Positions 1 to 13,535 of a stretch of 64,000 nucleotides of DNA are shown here, in pieces. Source of the DNA: Paraspadella gotoi (Eukaryota; Animalia; Chaetognatha); the NCBI GenBank assembly GCA_051294375.1, contig CM119265.1, positions 7,760,629 through 7,824,628 on the forward strand, given 5' to 3'. Every line of letters starts with the position of its first letter. The first letter of the stretch is position 1. A program made the position numbers and the translations under genes. A model generated the notes under the pieces. It did not search any database, was not told the DNA's origin, and saw only the letters and a list, made by a program, of their open reading frames with translations.

Positions 1-1314
1 ATTGGGCAAATTAATACTAAAATAGAGAGTTTGATAGAGAGATATACAGTCAATTAGAACATTAACTTGTTTTGTGTTACTTCTGATAATTCTATCACTA
101 TTATCTAAATTATAATAATCATTTTTAGTGTATATATTTTCATCCATTTTATCTCTTTTTTTTAAATAATAATTATTTGAGTTGTGAATAGACTAATTTA
201 TAAATTAGATTAAATTATGCAAATATAAATTTAGAACATCCGGTTTTGGTTTCTTCCTATAAAAAGAACAATCAAAATTTCATTCAAGATTAAAATTTTT
301 TAAATGAGGGAAAAAATATTTTGGAAGTCAAAAATATCATAGGTCGTTACGTGAGTATTATTCAACGACTATGTATGAGTTGTTGTATCATGATAGGGAT
401 CTATAATTTTGGATCATTATTAGTTGGAACGAACAGTAGTTAGCTTTATCATCAGTTTTTTTCTCTTCTGAATAGGGGTAGCCCTCTCAATGGGGTTATG
501 AATGCAAAAATTTAGTATTGGGAACATGCTCAAACAGAAAATTTATGATTTTTAAGTTGTTAACCTTTTCAATGTACAAAAAGATTTTCTTATATTTTTT
601 TATAGAAAGGGAAAGACTTCGGTCCCTACTCATATGTCGTCCGGAAATGAGTTCAGCTCTGCCAGCGGCGGTTCAGCCGGCGGTCCAGCGGCTGTCCAGA
701 CTTTCTCGGTTCTCTCTTTCTTCCCTCCAGTCTCTTCTCTCGTCTCGGTCTTTTTTTCCTTTCAAAGAACTTTTATTATGCGCCATTGTATTCCGCGCTT
801 TTTTCTCAATAGCAAAATCCCAATTGTACATCCGAGATTTTTCGTGGATGATCTTTTCCCTAAAACTTCTGATTGCGCTTTCGTTGGCGGGAAAACGTGT
901 CCAGCCGCTCTCCTCTCTCTCTCGTTCGTCTCTCTCTCTCTCCTCTCTTCTCTCTCTTTTCACTCATGACACGCATTTGTTTGTTTTATTACGCATGAAT
1001 GAGATGACTATTCATGCGCTAGTCGCATCATGAATGACTATCATCATGGCTTGTATCCTTATGTCGCTTTTAAGATTTTTATTTTAATGTTTTGCTTCAG
1101 TTTACCAGCCAGACTGACCGACCAAAAGCGATAATTTCTGTCTTTCCTTCCCAGCGAAATTCGTAGAGGGCGTCTCGATCGGGGACATTCGCAAAAAAGT
1201 CGAAGACAGTCGCGTTGTTCTTTGATTGGAACAAATCGATTCATGCGCCGATACAACCTGCGCCGGGAGACGACGAGGCGGACGTGAAGAAGAGTGTGGG
1301 CGTGGCAGCGGGGC

Positions 1315-1399
<85 letters not shown>

Positions 1400-1667
1400 A
1401 GGTCAATGGCGGAGGCCCCGTCAATGATAAAAGAAATGGGTGGACCTTAAAAAAAGACTTCTGGGAACTGTAACGGAGACCAAATATTTTTAACGTATCT
1501 TATTGTATTTAAAGTTGAATTACAATCACAGTATCACCGAGATGCGAATGTGTAGTAATTATTAGAACGATTGTAACGATATGAGTTTTTTCGTTCAGTT
1601 TAATAGATTAGGTCGAATTAGCTTTCTTCTGAAACATTTGTGTCCCTCTATCTCTATTTTTTTTCTT

Positions 1668-1721
<54 letters not shown>

Positions 1722-1910
1722 ATCTCTCTCTCGCTCCTCTCTCTCTCTCTCTCTCTTTCTCCCTCCTTTTATCCCGTTGATTTATGTTCGAGTAACGCCC
1801 TGGCTTCACATCGACGGGCGACATCGTCTGTCGCCCGTGTTTTTAATTTTCTTCCACTTTTTTTTGTGTTCCGGCTTTTTTAATGCTTTTTTTTTTTCTT
1901 TAGCAGGGCA

Positions 1911-1989
<79 letters not shown>

Positions 1990-2545
1990 GTCTCTCCGTC
2001 TCTCATCTCGTCTCTGCTCTCTCTCTTTCACAGATCGACTCTCTCTCCGTTGTCAAAAAGACATTTTTGTTTACGACGCAATAATGCGGATAATCAAGAA
2101 TTCGCGTTTCTCTTTTGGGGACAGACATTGACTCCAACCCGCCGCCATTTTAGACCCACCGCTCTCAGCTTTCCCAATCCCCGATTTCACACCCCAAGCA
2201 ATCGGTGCCCCCTTCCCCATAGAATCTCAACAAAAAAAAATATTCGTAGACAATCTATCCATGTTTTATAATTTCATAATCATCATCGCTTATCCTGTCC
2301 TTTTCCTGTCGATCCCTTACATTCAGTCTTTCTAAATTTTTCTCGTATCCCTTTATTAACCAATCATTTTTCCCGCCACATAGCATCTACCCCCTCGCCA
2401 AATTTTTACCCCCCGACCAATAACTCTCTCCTCCCCATTATATTTATAATCATCCCCCGATAACGACGAAGTCACTCCGTTGCGACTCGGCCATCTTTCA
2501 TTGTCGGCTTTGTCGTCGTCTTCGTCGTCTTTGTCCTCATCTTCG

Positions 2546-2576
<31 letters not shown>

Positions 2577-3495
2577 TGCCGTCGTCGTCGACGTCGCCGT
2601 CGTCGTCGCCGTCGACTTGACTGTTATGTTTTTCGTCGTCTTCTTCGTCGGCATCGTCGCAACCCAGGGTTTTTTATACTCATTTAATAATTTTAATAAT
2701 CAACTATGTACACACTTTTGATAAAATCTCACAATTATTAAGATCTAATATTTTCGCCGAAATATTCGTCATTTAAGAGATTTTTATAATCAGATTGACG
2801 ATCGTTGCCTCGTTGAACTCGATTCGTCACTGAACTTACCCAAGCCTCCCCATCTCATTCATAAAATCCGCTAATCATTTTAACATTAATTTAAATAATA
2901 CACTTTAAAGTCGTCCACATCCACGTTCTCGTCGTCGTCTACATCATCTTCCTTTGGCGACGATTCGCAATCGCGCCGACGTCGCGAATCAATCGATCAA
3001 TCGATCCTCTTCGCCTAAAACACTTTTATTGATCAATCTCCGCTCCTCCCATCGTTGGCCTCTTCCCCCTCCCATAGGTTTGAACTGTGTGGCTCCTCAT
3101 TCCGTTCATTTCGACGAAAGCGAGGCTCCTAGTCGACTCACGTCCGATCGGCGCGCCATCTTTCATCGGGCGAACGAAGATATTTTTTTTTTTTGGAAGG
3201 GTGGACAGCTTTTGGAGTAAGTGAGGGGGAGGCGGGAAGAGGGGGGCGAAGGTGAGGCGAAAGTAAGTAGGGTAAGTGAGGCGATTGCCAAGGCGAAGAC
3301 GACGAATAAAAACCTCGTCACACTCTGCCAGACCTTGACCCCGGGAGCCGAAAGAGACGAGACACTTTATATCGTTCTATCGGGGTCGGTTTCCCCCCCC
3401 TCTCTCTCTCTCCCCTTCTCCCTCCCTCTCTCCTTTCTTTCTCCCTCAAGGAGAAACATATTCTGTTCTTGCGTCAACTGGTTAGTCTAAAAAAT

Positions 3496-3532
<37 letters not shown>

Positions 3533-6467
3533 CGAGAGAGATTGAAGCAATATGCACCTTGATTGATAAGCTTTAAGACTTAAATTAAGTTCGTTTGCTC
3601 TGAAAGCTAATCACAAGTTATGTACGCGTAGTTTTTAAAATTTTCTTACGGTCTTTCATCCAGGAAGATCAATAATTAGTAAAATATAAAATATAAAATA
3701 AAATAAAATATAAAATATAACACAAAAACCTAAAAATACAAACCACTAACCTAACAACTTCATTATTTGATGACGCCCTCTCAGGNNNNNNNNNNNNNNN
3801 NNNNNNNNNNNNNNNNNNNNNNNNNNNNNNNNNNNNNNNNNNNNNNNNNNNNNNNNNNNNNNNNNNNNNNNNNNNNNNNNNNNNNNNNNNNNNNNNNNNN
3901 NNNNNNNNNNNNNNNNNNNNNNNNNNNNNNNNNNNNNNNNNNNNNNNNNNNNNNNNNNNNNNNNNNNNNNNNNNNNNNNNNNNNNTCTCTCTCTCTCTCT
4001 CTCGCTTCTCGTTGATACGCGAACTGAATTTAAAAAATCTATTATGAAAGCCGTTAAGGAGCAGGAAGCGGAAGTTGCGGTCGTCGCGAGATGGGANNNN
4101 NNNNNNNNNNNNNNNNNNNNNNNNNNNNNNNNNNNNNNNNNNNNNNNNNNNNNNNNNNNNNNNNNNNNNNNNNNNNNNNNNNNNNNNNNNNNNNNNNNNN
4201 NNNNNNNNNNNNNNNNNNNNNNNNNNNNNNNNNNNNNNNNNNNNNNNNNNNNNNNNNNNNNNNNNNNNNNNNNNNNNNNNNNNNNNNNNNNNNNNNNNNN
4301 NNNNNNNNNNNNNNNNNNNNNNNNNNNNNNNNNNNNNNNNNNNNNNNNNNNNNNNNNNNNNNNNNNNNNNNNNNNNNNNNNNNNNNNNNNNNNNNNNNNN
4401 NAAAAAAAAACTCGATAAGACACATGAAAATCGGACTCGAGTCTCGCAAACGCGTCACGTTTCGTCAAGTTCTGTCATAACGAACGACATCTCTTTCGAT
4501 CGCTAGTGACTATATTCGTGTCATAACAATATCACCACTATGATAGGAAAAATTTTTCCGCCACTTTATATTTAACCAGTTTCTTTCAATTGATAATTTC
4601 GAGTCTATGTCACAAATATCACATCACTGAGAATAAATTCTATCATTACTGCCAATGTCAGTTCTGCCAGTTAGGACCGACTTGGGTTCTTCGCCAAGCC
4701 CCCGGCACGAAGGACCGACATCCGGCTCCTGTCATCGTCGCGTCTCTCTTCTTTGTTTGGAGCCGTTTGGATATAACGCCTCTCTGGAACTTTGGAGGAA
4801 AGTGGGGAATGGGAAGGAAGGGGCGAAGGGTTGGGGGAGAGGACCTTTTTAGAGAGTTTAAGAGTTACGGAACGAACGAAGATCAAAAACCATATAGTTT
4901 TTTCCTACGGTCTAGTTTTTGTCAAAATTAAACAAAATTCAAACTTATAAAACATTAAAAAATATCCGAAAGCTTTTCTCTTCATTGAAAACGTTCTAAA
5001 TCTTGAGTTAAAAGAGTTCATTTTATGGTTGTGAATGATTATCGAGTCTCCCCACTGAGTCAAGAGGCTACCTTCAAGAGATAATACTCTATATTTCACT
5101 TGAGAAGGAAATCTTCCTCACTTCACCCACCCCCCAACATTCCCACCTCCCCAGTCTACTCCAGCGTCTCGTGGTTATCTTATAAATTTCAAAGAAAATT
5201 CGGAATAAATAACCGAGAGTCGTTGAAGTCGGGCGGATCGAATTTGCATTTGAGTGGAAAGAGAATATTTCGATTTTTTTTTCTTACCGTCGAGAAAAAA
5301 AGAAGATGCTTTCGTTGAGATCCTTGTTTGTCTTCATCCGTTTTTTCCTTTTTTTTCCTTTTTAAATCCCACTTTTTCTTTTTCAATCCTTTTTCCATTT
5401 TCGTACAGAAGGAATCATTTATTTTTTAAATTTCATTTTTTTTCCTTTGCATTTAAAATCGCGAACTATAAAAAGGACGACTGGCGGAACTGCGGTAATT
5501 TTTGAAATTCCAGCGCCTAAACAGCTTTGGTCACCTTTAAATATCTCTCTCTACTGACTTTTTGGGTCGCAACCAAGTTGTTCCCGATTCAGCGATAACA
5601 ATTTTTTCACCTCTATCAGGCTATCACCTATCCATAATGTCTAATTCTTTTCCCCTATCTTTTCTGCTCCATCTATCCTAGTTATTTCTTGGCATTCACC
5701 CCTTAAAACTTGACCTTCCCGCTCCTCTCCCCTTCTTTTCCTTTCCTTCGCTCTGCTTTCTCCCTCACCTCCTTACCCCCTTCCCTTCCTTTTCTCCGCC
5801 CTCTCACACCCACCCCTCCGATTTATTCCATTCTTCGCAGTTAATTCCTTCTCCACTCAAATAAATTGCGAAATCACGTTCTTCCCTCGCCGTCGACGAG
5901 TTTCATCCGGGACCCGTAATCACATCATCTCCTTATCTCTCTCTCTCTCTCTCTCTCTCNNNNNNNNNNNNNNNNNNNNNNNNNNNNNNNNNNNNNNNNN
6001 NNNNNNNNNNNNNNNNNNNNNNNNNNNNNNNNNNNNNNNNNNNNNNNNNNNNNNNNNNNNNNNNNNNNNNNNNNNNNNNNNNNNNNNNNNNNNNNNNNNN
6101 NNNNNNNNNNNNNNNNNNNNNNNNNNNNNNNNNNNNNNNNNNNNNNNNNNNNNNNNNNNNNNNNNNNNNNNNNNNNNNNNNNNNNNNNNNNNNNNNNNNN
6201 NACTGTATCCTTCCTCGCTCTTTCTTTTTATGGGCGCCTCGGCGACCCCCGAAAGAAAAATAACAAGATCGATGTTTTAGCCAAAAAACCGCGTTGTTTG
6301 CATTCAATGATAAACATTTACAATCACGAAGTTGTTAGTAATCCCGAATCGTAATTGTAAGAAAATTCATAACAAGTATAAAACAAAAGCAAAAACTAAA
6401 AATAAAAAATACTAAAGATGTCAATAAAAAAAGATTACCATATTTACATTTAACTAAATAATAATCA

Positions 6468-7161
6468 TTAGCTGCAAACTCCGGCGACCAGATTTCCGCC
6501 CGCCTTTCGTCTCTTCCCCACCTTCGCCTTCAAGCGACACTCTCCCGTCTTCCCGTCGCGGACAAAGGCGTGGCATCTGTGATCCTCCAAGCATTTGTCG
6601 CGGCACTCCTCGACGGAGATTTCGACGACGTGGGCTGTGCCTCCTTCGTGCTGCTGCTCCTTCCGACGAGCCAGAGTTCGGAGTAACTGCTTCAGTTTCC
6701 TCTCGGCGTCGTGAATGTCGGCTCCCTCGAAATCCACGCCGATCTCGAGAGAGCATCCGCAAGGCGGCGGAGGATTCCACGGCTTGGGGACGCCGCAAAC
6801 GCCGGATATGATCTCGGCGCCGGCGTTGGCTGACTTCCGCTTGATCCGGCCGCGCGTCGACGGCTCGAGACGACACGTGGAGTTGCTGAAGACGAAGGCG
6901 GCGCAGTCGGCGATGCCCTGGCACCTGTCGCGACAGGCGACCGGGTCGACGTCGCCCGTGACCAGGCTGAAGAAATCCTCGTAGTCGACTCCGAGCTCTG
7001 GGATGCAGTCGCTTGATGGCGTCTTGTCACAGACTCCGCCGATGAGGTCGTGATTACCGGTCGCGCTGATTGGGAAAAGGAGAAAGAAAATTTAAACAGG
7101 GGAAAATTTAGTACTGCAAATTTTTTAGAAAGTTTTAGAAAATATTTATTGTGGGCAGGAC

Positions 7162-7192
<31 letters not shown>

Positions 7193-7202
7193 GAGAAGAG
7201 AG

Positions 7203-7234
<32 letters not shown>

Positions 7235-7896
7235 CGAGAGAGAGAGAGAGAATCGTTTCTCGAGTCTATCAGAGAAGGTCGCGTGTGATTAGTTTCCTCA
7301 CTATCTTACAAATTTTCTTTATTATCATTTAATAATCCGATTAATTACTTTCATTTTCAACTTTACCTGACGCTCGAGTCGTTCCTCAACTCGCACATCT
7401 TCGTCGACGAGTCAAAGAAAAAAGCGACGCATCCCTCTTTGCGCCAACACGCGTTACGGCAAGCCACGGGATGATCCTTCACGCCGCGCCAAATCGCCGC
7501 TCCGCCGCTGAAGCTGGCTCCGATGGCGACGGAGCAGGACCCTGGCGGCGGCGGCGGCGAAGGAAGGCGCTGACAGGCGCAGAGACCGGAAACGATTGCG
7601 GCGTCGGCGACTCGACGTCGGCCTTGATTCGATTTGACGTGACATTTCTTGCTGGCGACGTCGTAGACGAAGGCTTGACAGACTGGCATGTTCCGGCAGA
7701 GGGTCTCGCAGTCGCGGGCGTTGTCCCGGATCGGCGCGTGGGCGACAATAGATTCGCCGTCGTAAAGGACGCCGATCTCGATCGGACACTCGTCTACGGG
7801 CCCGGAGACGGCGGCGGGGACGGCCGGAGCGGCGGCGCAGAAGGCGGCGCTTAAAAATAAGGTCGCCCAGACAATCGGTGACTTTAAGATCCTCAT
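6468..7896 (-). CDS. Secreted protein with four tandem PAN/Apple domains (exons 7896-7367 and 7065-6468)
   Basis: The N-terminus is signal-peptide-like (MRILKSPIVWATLFLSAAFCAA). Four Cys-patterned repeats of the type C-x-x-E-x-G-V-x-[YF]...C-xx-x-C-x5-C-x-A-F-V...C-x-L-K...SG-x-C follow. A phase-2 intron (AG|gtaaag ... aatcag|C) joins the exons into one frame ending VAGVCS*. Confidence 0.85.
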
Positions 7897-8151
7897 TTTT
7901 ATGAACTTTTAATTCGGTTTTAATTTTGTTTTAATTTACTCATTTTGAAATTCAGTGAAATCGAAGACATGTAAGTTGTCATCGAAACATTTCCGAACAT
8001 CTTGAACGTTTTGATTTAAATTCTCTTCATTATTAATTCGACGGTTTTATATTTTCGAGAAAAAAAAATCGTTTCGCGTTGACAAATTGAATGAAAAAGT
8101 AAGGATCGTCTCTCGCTCTTCGCTCTCTCTCGCTCTCCTCTCTCTCTCTCG

Positions 8152-8216
<65 letters not shown>

Positions 8217-10255
8217 TCTTCTTTCTCTCTCTCTCTCTCTCACTCTCTCTCGTTGGGTGAGTTTTTGGAAAATCGAAATCGGCCAAGACACAAAGTCGGT
8301 CCACTGGTAGAAACGGGATTTTTTATTCTTTTCTTTTTTCGATCCCATTTCTTTTAATTCGATCGTTAAACGACGACGGAGACAAAAAAAAACGGGTTTG
8401 AGCCCAAAGTGGAGCGAAGACCTTGAGTTGGGATCGACTCACGTGTTGGATTTTGGATTGGTGGGAGCGTGTCCGCTTGTCCGCTTGATAAGTAAAAATA
8501 ACAAGTTTGGAGAAAGCTTTAATATTTTCCGCGTGACGTTTTATATAAGATGTAAATGATGTAAGTTTTATGGAATTTAGGAATTAATTAAGGATTAAAA
8601 TATAAGAAGTTCTCACTGAGAGGCTTCGGATTTATTTTTTAAAATTGGCTTTCATTAGAGCGATGGTGTAATTAATCTATTAATTTATTAATCTATTTCA
8701 GAGCTACGTGGATAAACTAAAGCCTATTATCTATAGATCTCACGATCAATTTCACTCGTTCACCAATTTACTCGAACCCAAGATCGCTCAATGAAAGAAT
8801 ATTATGCCACGCCATACTTATTAATGATTATATAAAAGAATTTAACTATTAACTAATCGGGCAAAGAACTACGCATGTCAAATCGGCACGTTTTTTTCAA
8901 ATGATTGATGATATACCGAAAAAGGTTTGAATGACATAAAATAATAATTATAAAACCAGTATAGAAGTTGATCGACTCGGACTGCCGCAAAAAAATTGTA
9001 AAAAGCCGGGAAATTTTGGAATGAAACTCGACTAATTAATTATCATCGATGACTACGATGACAATTCTGACGATTTATTGTATATGCCAACCGTATTCCT
9101 AACGGAAAAACTATCCTTTTAATTAATGCGAGATTTTTCTTATTCCTCCATCCCTTCTCTTTCACGCCTCACGGAATAAAAACAGGTAAGCTTCATTATT
9201 AATTGCACTCATGACGAAAGTCTGAATCATCATCATCATCGTTATCATCATCGTTATCATCATCGTTATCATCACTCTTTTTTTTTTTCTCGATAATTCG
9301 ATCTCGTCAAAAATTCAAATTCATGTTACTCACCCCGCTTCACGTTGCTTCTGACAACTATAACAACGAAAACAACAGAAACAACAAAGAAAACAAAAAC
9401 AACAACGGAAAAGGAAAACCTTGATAAAAATTCACCTTTTGTTCCATTGTGTCGCCTCTCGACTTTCGATGATAATATGAAATTCAAATTTTTTTTNNNN
9501 NNNNNNNNNNNNNNNNNNNNNNNNNNNNNNNNNNNNNNNNNNNNNNNNNNNNNNNNNNNNNNNNNNNNNNNNNNNNNNNNNNNNNNNNNNNNNNNNNNNN
9601 NNNNNNNNNNNNNNNNNNNNNNNNNNNNNNNNNNNNNNNNNNNNNNNNNNNNNNNNNNNNNNNNNNNNNNNNNNNNNNNNNNNNNNNNNNNNNNNNNNNN
9701 NNNNNNNNNNNNNNNNNNNNNNNNNNNNNNNNNNNNNNNNNNNNNNNNNNNNNNNNNNNNNNNNNNNNNNNNNNNNNNNNNNNNNNNNNNNNNNNNNNNN
9801 NNNNNNNNNNNNNNNNNNNNNNNNNNNNNNNNNNNNNNNNNNNNNNNNNNNNNNNNNNNNNNNNNNNNNNNNNNNNNNNNNNNNNNNNNNNNNNNNNNNN
9901 NNNNNNNNNNNNNNNNNNNNNNNNNNNNNNNNNNNNNNNNNNNNNNNNNNNNNNNNNNNNNNNNNNNNNNNNNNNNNNNNNNNNNNNNNNNNNNNNNNNN
10001 NNNNNNNNNNNNNNNNNNNNNNNNNNNNNNNNNNNNNNNNNNNNNNNNNNNNNNNNNNNNNNNNNNNNNNNNNNNNNNNNNNNNNNNNNNNNNNNNNNNN
10101 NNNNNNNNNNNNNNNNNNNNNNNNNNNNNNNNNNNNNNNNNNNNNNNNNNNNNNNNNNNNNNNNNNNNNNNNNNNNNNNNNNNNNNNNNNNNNNNNNNNN
10201 NNNNNNNNNNNNNNNNNNNNNNNNNNNNNNNNNNCCGATTAGCAAGGAATCTTCG

Positions 10256-11481
10256 CTACCCGAACGGATTGTCCGTCATCCGCTTGTAAAGTATCGTGGT
10301 GACGTCCTTGTCCCGGTGACGTCGCGTGGACGAAATGGCGACGACGTCGGCGTCGACCGACTGAAAGTAGGCGTGGTTCCTGGCGGCGCCGACGGGGACG
10401 CGCGGGAGAAGGACGGGATCGCAGGCGGCGTTCTCTTCGGCGTCGAGCATCGCCGCCAAGACGAAAGGCGGGAGGCGTGGCGGAGGATCCGCGGCGGCGA
10501 TGTCAGCGGCGGATGGGCGGAATTGAGCGAAAGGCGGGTAGTCCCCGGAGGCGGCGTCGGCGTCGGCAGCGGAGTCGGAGTCGTCGACGTAACCTTCATG
10601 AATATCTTCCGGTTTGGGGACGCAAAACGACGGCGGATCAGTCGGTGGAAGATCCCGAGGTTCGATATCTTTCGTAGCAGAAGATCGAGACGATGCGGAC
10701 GAGCAACTTGAAGGCCCGATGACGTCGGAGAAACTCGAAGCCGCCTGTTTGGTGGCGCCGACGACTGCTTCGGTGGACGCGGAAGGGTCGTGCCCGAATC
10801 GAGATGCTCGACGAGGTCGTGGGCGGAGACTCGGCGTCGAAGACCGTGATGATGAGACGGAATCCTCGTCGTCGTCCTTTATCTTCGATCTCCGACGCAC
10901 CTCCAACTCCGTCGTGGATCGAGTTCGAAGGAAACACTGGCTGTCGTCGACGACGGAGCGTTTGGGTCTAGGAGCGGCGGCGGTGGCGGTGGCGGTGGCG
11001 GCGGTAGGGGCGGTGGAAGCGTCGAGAACGTCGTCAGCGCTGATGGCCTTTTCTTTCGTGCTGCGGCGACGGCGTCGGAGTTGCTCGTCCACATTAGGGG
11101 ACTAGAAATAAAATTGGAAAGTACAGTAAACATATTAAATCAAATCAAAATTACTTAATAGTTAATACTAATAGCCTAAATGGTTAAAACACAGTTGTAT
11201 TTACCCTTTCTTCACTTCTCCAAGGAACGGCTCCCGGTAGATCACATCCTGCGAGAGGCTCCAATCGCTCTATTGATCCCCCTCGCTCCAACCCATTCGA
11301 TCGCTCCTTCGAATCCAATCTCTCTAGCCGCTCCATCGAGCTCCATCGCTCTAGTCGATCCAACCGCTTGTGAGAATCTTCTTGCTCTAGTTGATCTGAA
11401 AATGTTTCGCTATTTCCCGCGATTTGATCGTCGAAACTTCGCGAATCGAAGGCAAAGTGTTCGTCGTCGTTTTCGTCGTAG

Positions 11482-11514
<33 letters not shown>

Positions 11515-11809
11515 ACGGAAATCCGAAACCGGCCGCTCACTTCGTTTCCGTTTGAGTCTTTCGTTTCTTCCGGCGTCGAAATACGACCAGCGTCGACATC
11601 GTCTTTGACGGCGCTACTTTCCGGTGCCAGCGCAAAGATAGAGAGTGCCGTCTCATCACGGCGCGAAAAACAGGAACGCCATTCGAAGTTGGCGGCGCGC
11701 GGGTGTCGTCGCGCGACGGAGCCGGCGCTATCGTTAGCGGCGCCTTTGCTGTGGTGGGCGCCGTCTGTGGCGTTGTTGTCGTCGTCAGCGTCGCCAACTC
11801 GATTTTCAA
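10256..11809 (-). CDS. Divergent AMPK beta-subunit-like protein with C-terminal ASC domain; exons 11809-11205 and 11101-10256; 5' end unresolved
   Basis: The C-terminus PPRLPPFVLAAMLDAEENAACDPVLLPRVPVGAARNHAYFQSVDADVVAISSTRRHRDKDVTTILYKRM aligns by eye to the AMPK-beta ASC domain as I recall it (PPxLPPHLLQVILN...CDPALLPEPNHVMLNHLYALSIKDGVMVLSATHRYKKKYVTTLLYKP). The phase-0 intron AGG|gtaaat ... ttctag|TCC keeps the frame. The upstream exon is open from the acceptor at 11811-11810. Confidence 0.75.
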
Positions 11810-11888
11810 CTAAGAAAATATGACGCCTTTTTGCCGAATTTACCGTTCTTTCATGCGAACGTGATGATGAACTGACCCCATTTTGAAA

Positions 11889-11985
<97 letters not shown>

Positions 11986-12403
11986 AGAACAGAGACAGAG
12001 GAGAGAAAGAGAGAGAGAGAGAGACAGACAGATGGAGAGAGAGTTTTCGAAACCGCAGGCCGATTTCGTAATTATTCGGTACTTTTTTTAACCCAACTTC
12101 TTGAGCTGAACGAATTCCAAAGTATAATTTTTTAAAACATTTTAATTGAACTTTAAACTATTAAATCGAGCTTCGGGAGTTTGTTATATTTTTTGTTTGT
12201 TTGTTCTTTAATTCTTCGTCAGTTAAATTTTTTTCGACGTTGTTGCCGCTTTCATTTATATTTTTTAAATACAAAATTTTTCCGATAAGTCAACGAAAAT
12301 ATCGATAAAAAAAAAACCAAGATTTAAGATAAGTAATTCCGCCCCTCGATCAAGTCAGTGGACGAAAATCTCGAGTTGGACACGAGCCAAAAAGCTCTAT
12401 TGT

Positions 12404-12441
<38 letters not shown>

Positions 12442-13164
12442 AACAATCTGTGATTTTCTATTGTTGCTGGCCAACAATGAGGTTTCGGGTCTTCCTAAAA
12501 GAATCTCCGGCATCGTGGTCGTCACCCGATGCAAACTGCTTAGTGCTTAGATTTGCTTATGGACACAATCGGTCTCTGCTAGCTTTGCTATACTAGTCAG
12601 AGGTTTTTCTGAAACTTGTTCTCGCCTGACTTTCGATCTTGTAAATCGTGATAAAACTCGACAGTCGAGTCTGATAAGGTTTGATATATTTTTCGTCTTG
12701 GAGCAAAACTTTTTTGGCGAAACCTTTAACAAAGGAATTTTTCGCTTAAGGGGACCCAGTGATCATAACGTTTGGCCCCTTAAACTATGCTGGTTCCATC
12801 TATGCGATTCTTTTTTCTCTGCTCTAACGTGAAACTGGACTCGGAAGTTTTGTTGTAACAATATTTAATCGTTTAATATATTAGTTATTTTTTAACTAGT
12901 ACGTTAAACTCTTCGCCTTCGAACTTAACATTTTTGCGAATTTTATTCATATGCTTCGATCGATGCTCTTTTGTTGATCTTAACGGATGCAAAAAAATCT
13001 TATCAAAAATTGAGCGAACTGAAAAAGGCTTCCAAGTTGATCGGTAAAAAAATTTACTATTTTCTAACCATTTTAAAATAAATTGGTAGTGAGACAAGAC
13101 ACAAAACTTATCGCTTGAATAATTTTTTATTGTCTTTAACGTAGCGAAAATGAAGTTTAATCAT

Positions 13165-13242
13165 CTAACCCTAATCCTAACCCTAATCCCTAACCTTAAT
13201 TCCTAACCCTTATTCTAACCTTATCCCTAACCAAAACCCTAA
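13165..13242. repeat. Degenerate (CCCTAA)n-like interstitial repeat
   Basis: ctaaccctaatcctaaccctaatccctaaccttaattcctaacccttattctaaccttatccctaaccaaaaccctaa. Confidence 0.6.
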
Positions 13243-13478
13243 CGTGAAACGCTGGCCGCATTTATTATTCGTTAGTAATAGGAAATTTGAAAGTTTTCAG
13301 TTATCTTGGGTTATATTTCTGTTGCCCTGATCGAGCATTAATAAAAAAATGACACTCTTTCAGGCATATGGTTTGAAGCGAGAAAGTTTCGCTGCCCTGT
13401 CATAATTTCTGCGGAGAGAGGGAATCGGAAAGGGGGCTTCGATGACCAAGTTGGCTTCGAAATCCAGGACCTATTTTT

Positions 13479-13523
<45 letters not shown>

Positions 13524-13535
<12 letters not shown>

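Noticed and set aside
1226-2271. ORFs with ERERER or SLSLSL runs here and throughout (e.g. 8016-8348, 11883-12071, 30371-31031, 58441-58708)
   Set aside because: They are translations of (AG/CT)n microsatellites with no domain or splice support.
9345-10289. Long ORFs spanning N-runs (also 3746-4506, 5933-6307, 35033-36112, 60239-61756)
   Set aside because: They are open only because assembly gaps contain no stop codons.
10316-11105. Plus-strand ORFs antisense to GC-rich exons (also 7471-7854, 22274-22867, 29407-29895, 31841-32392)
   Set aside because: They are shadow frames of real minus-strand coding exons.
13165-13242. True telomere or chromosome-healing site
   Set aside because: The tract is short, highly degenerate and interstitial.
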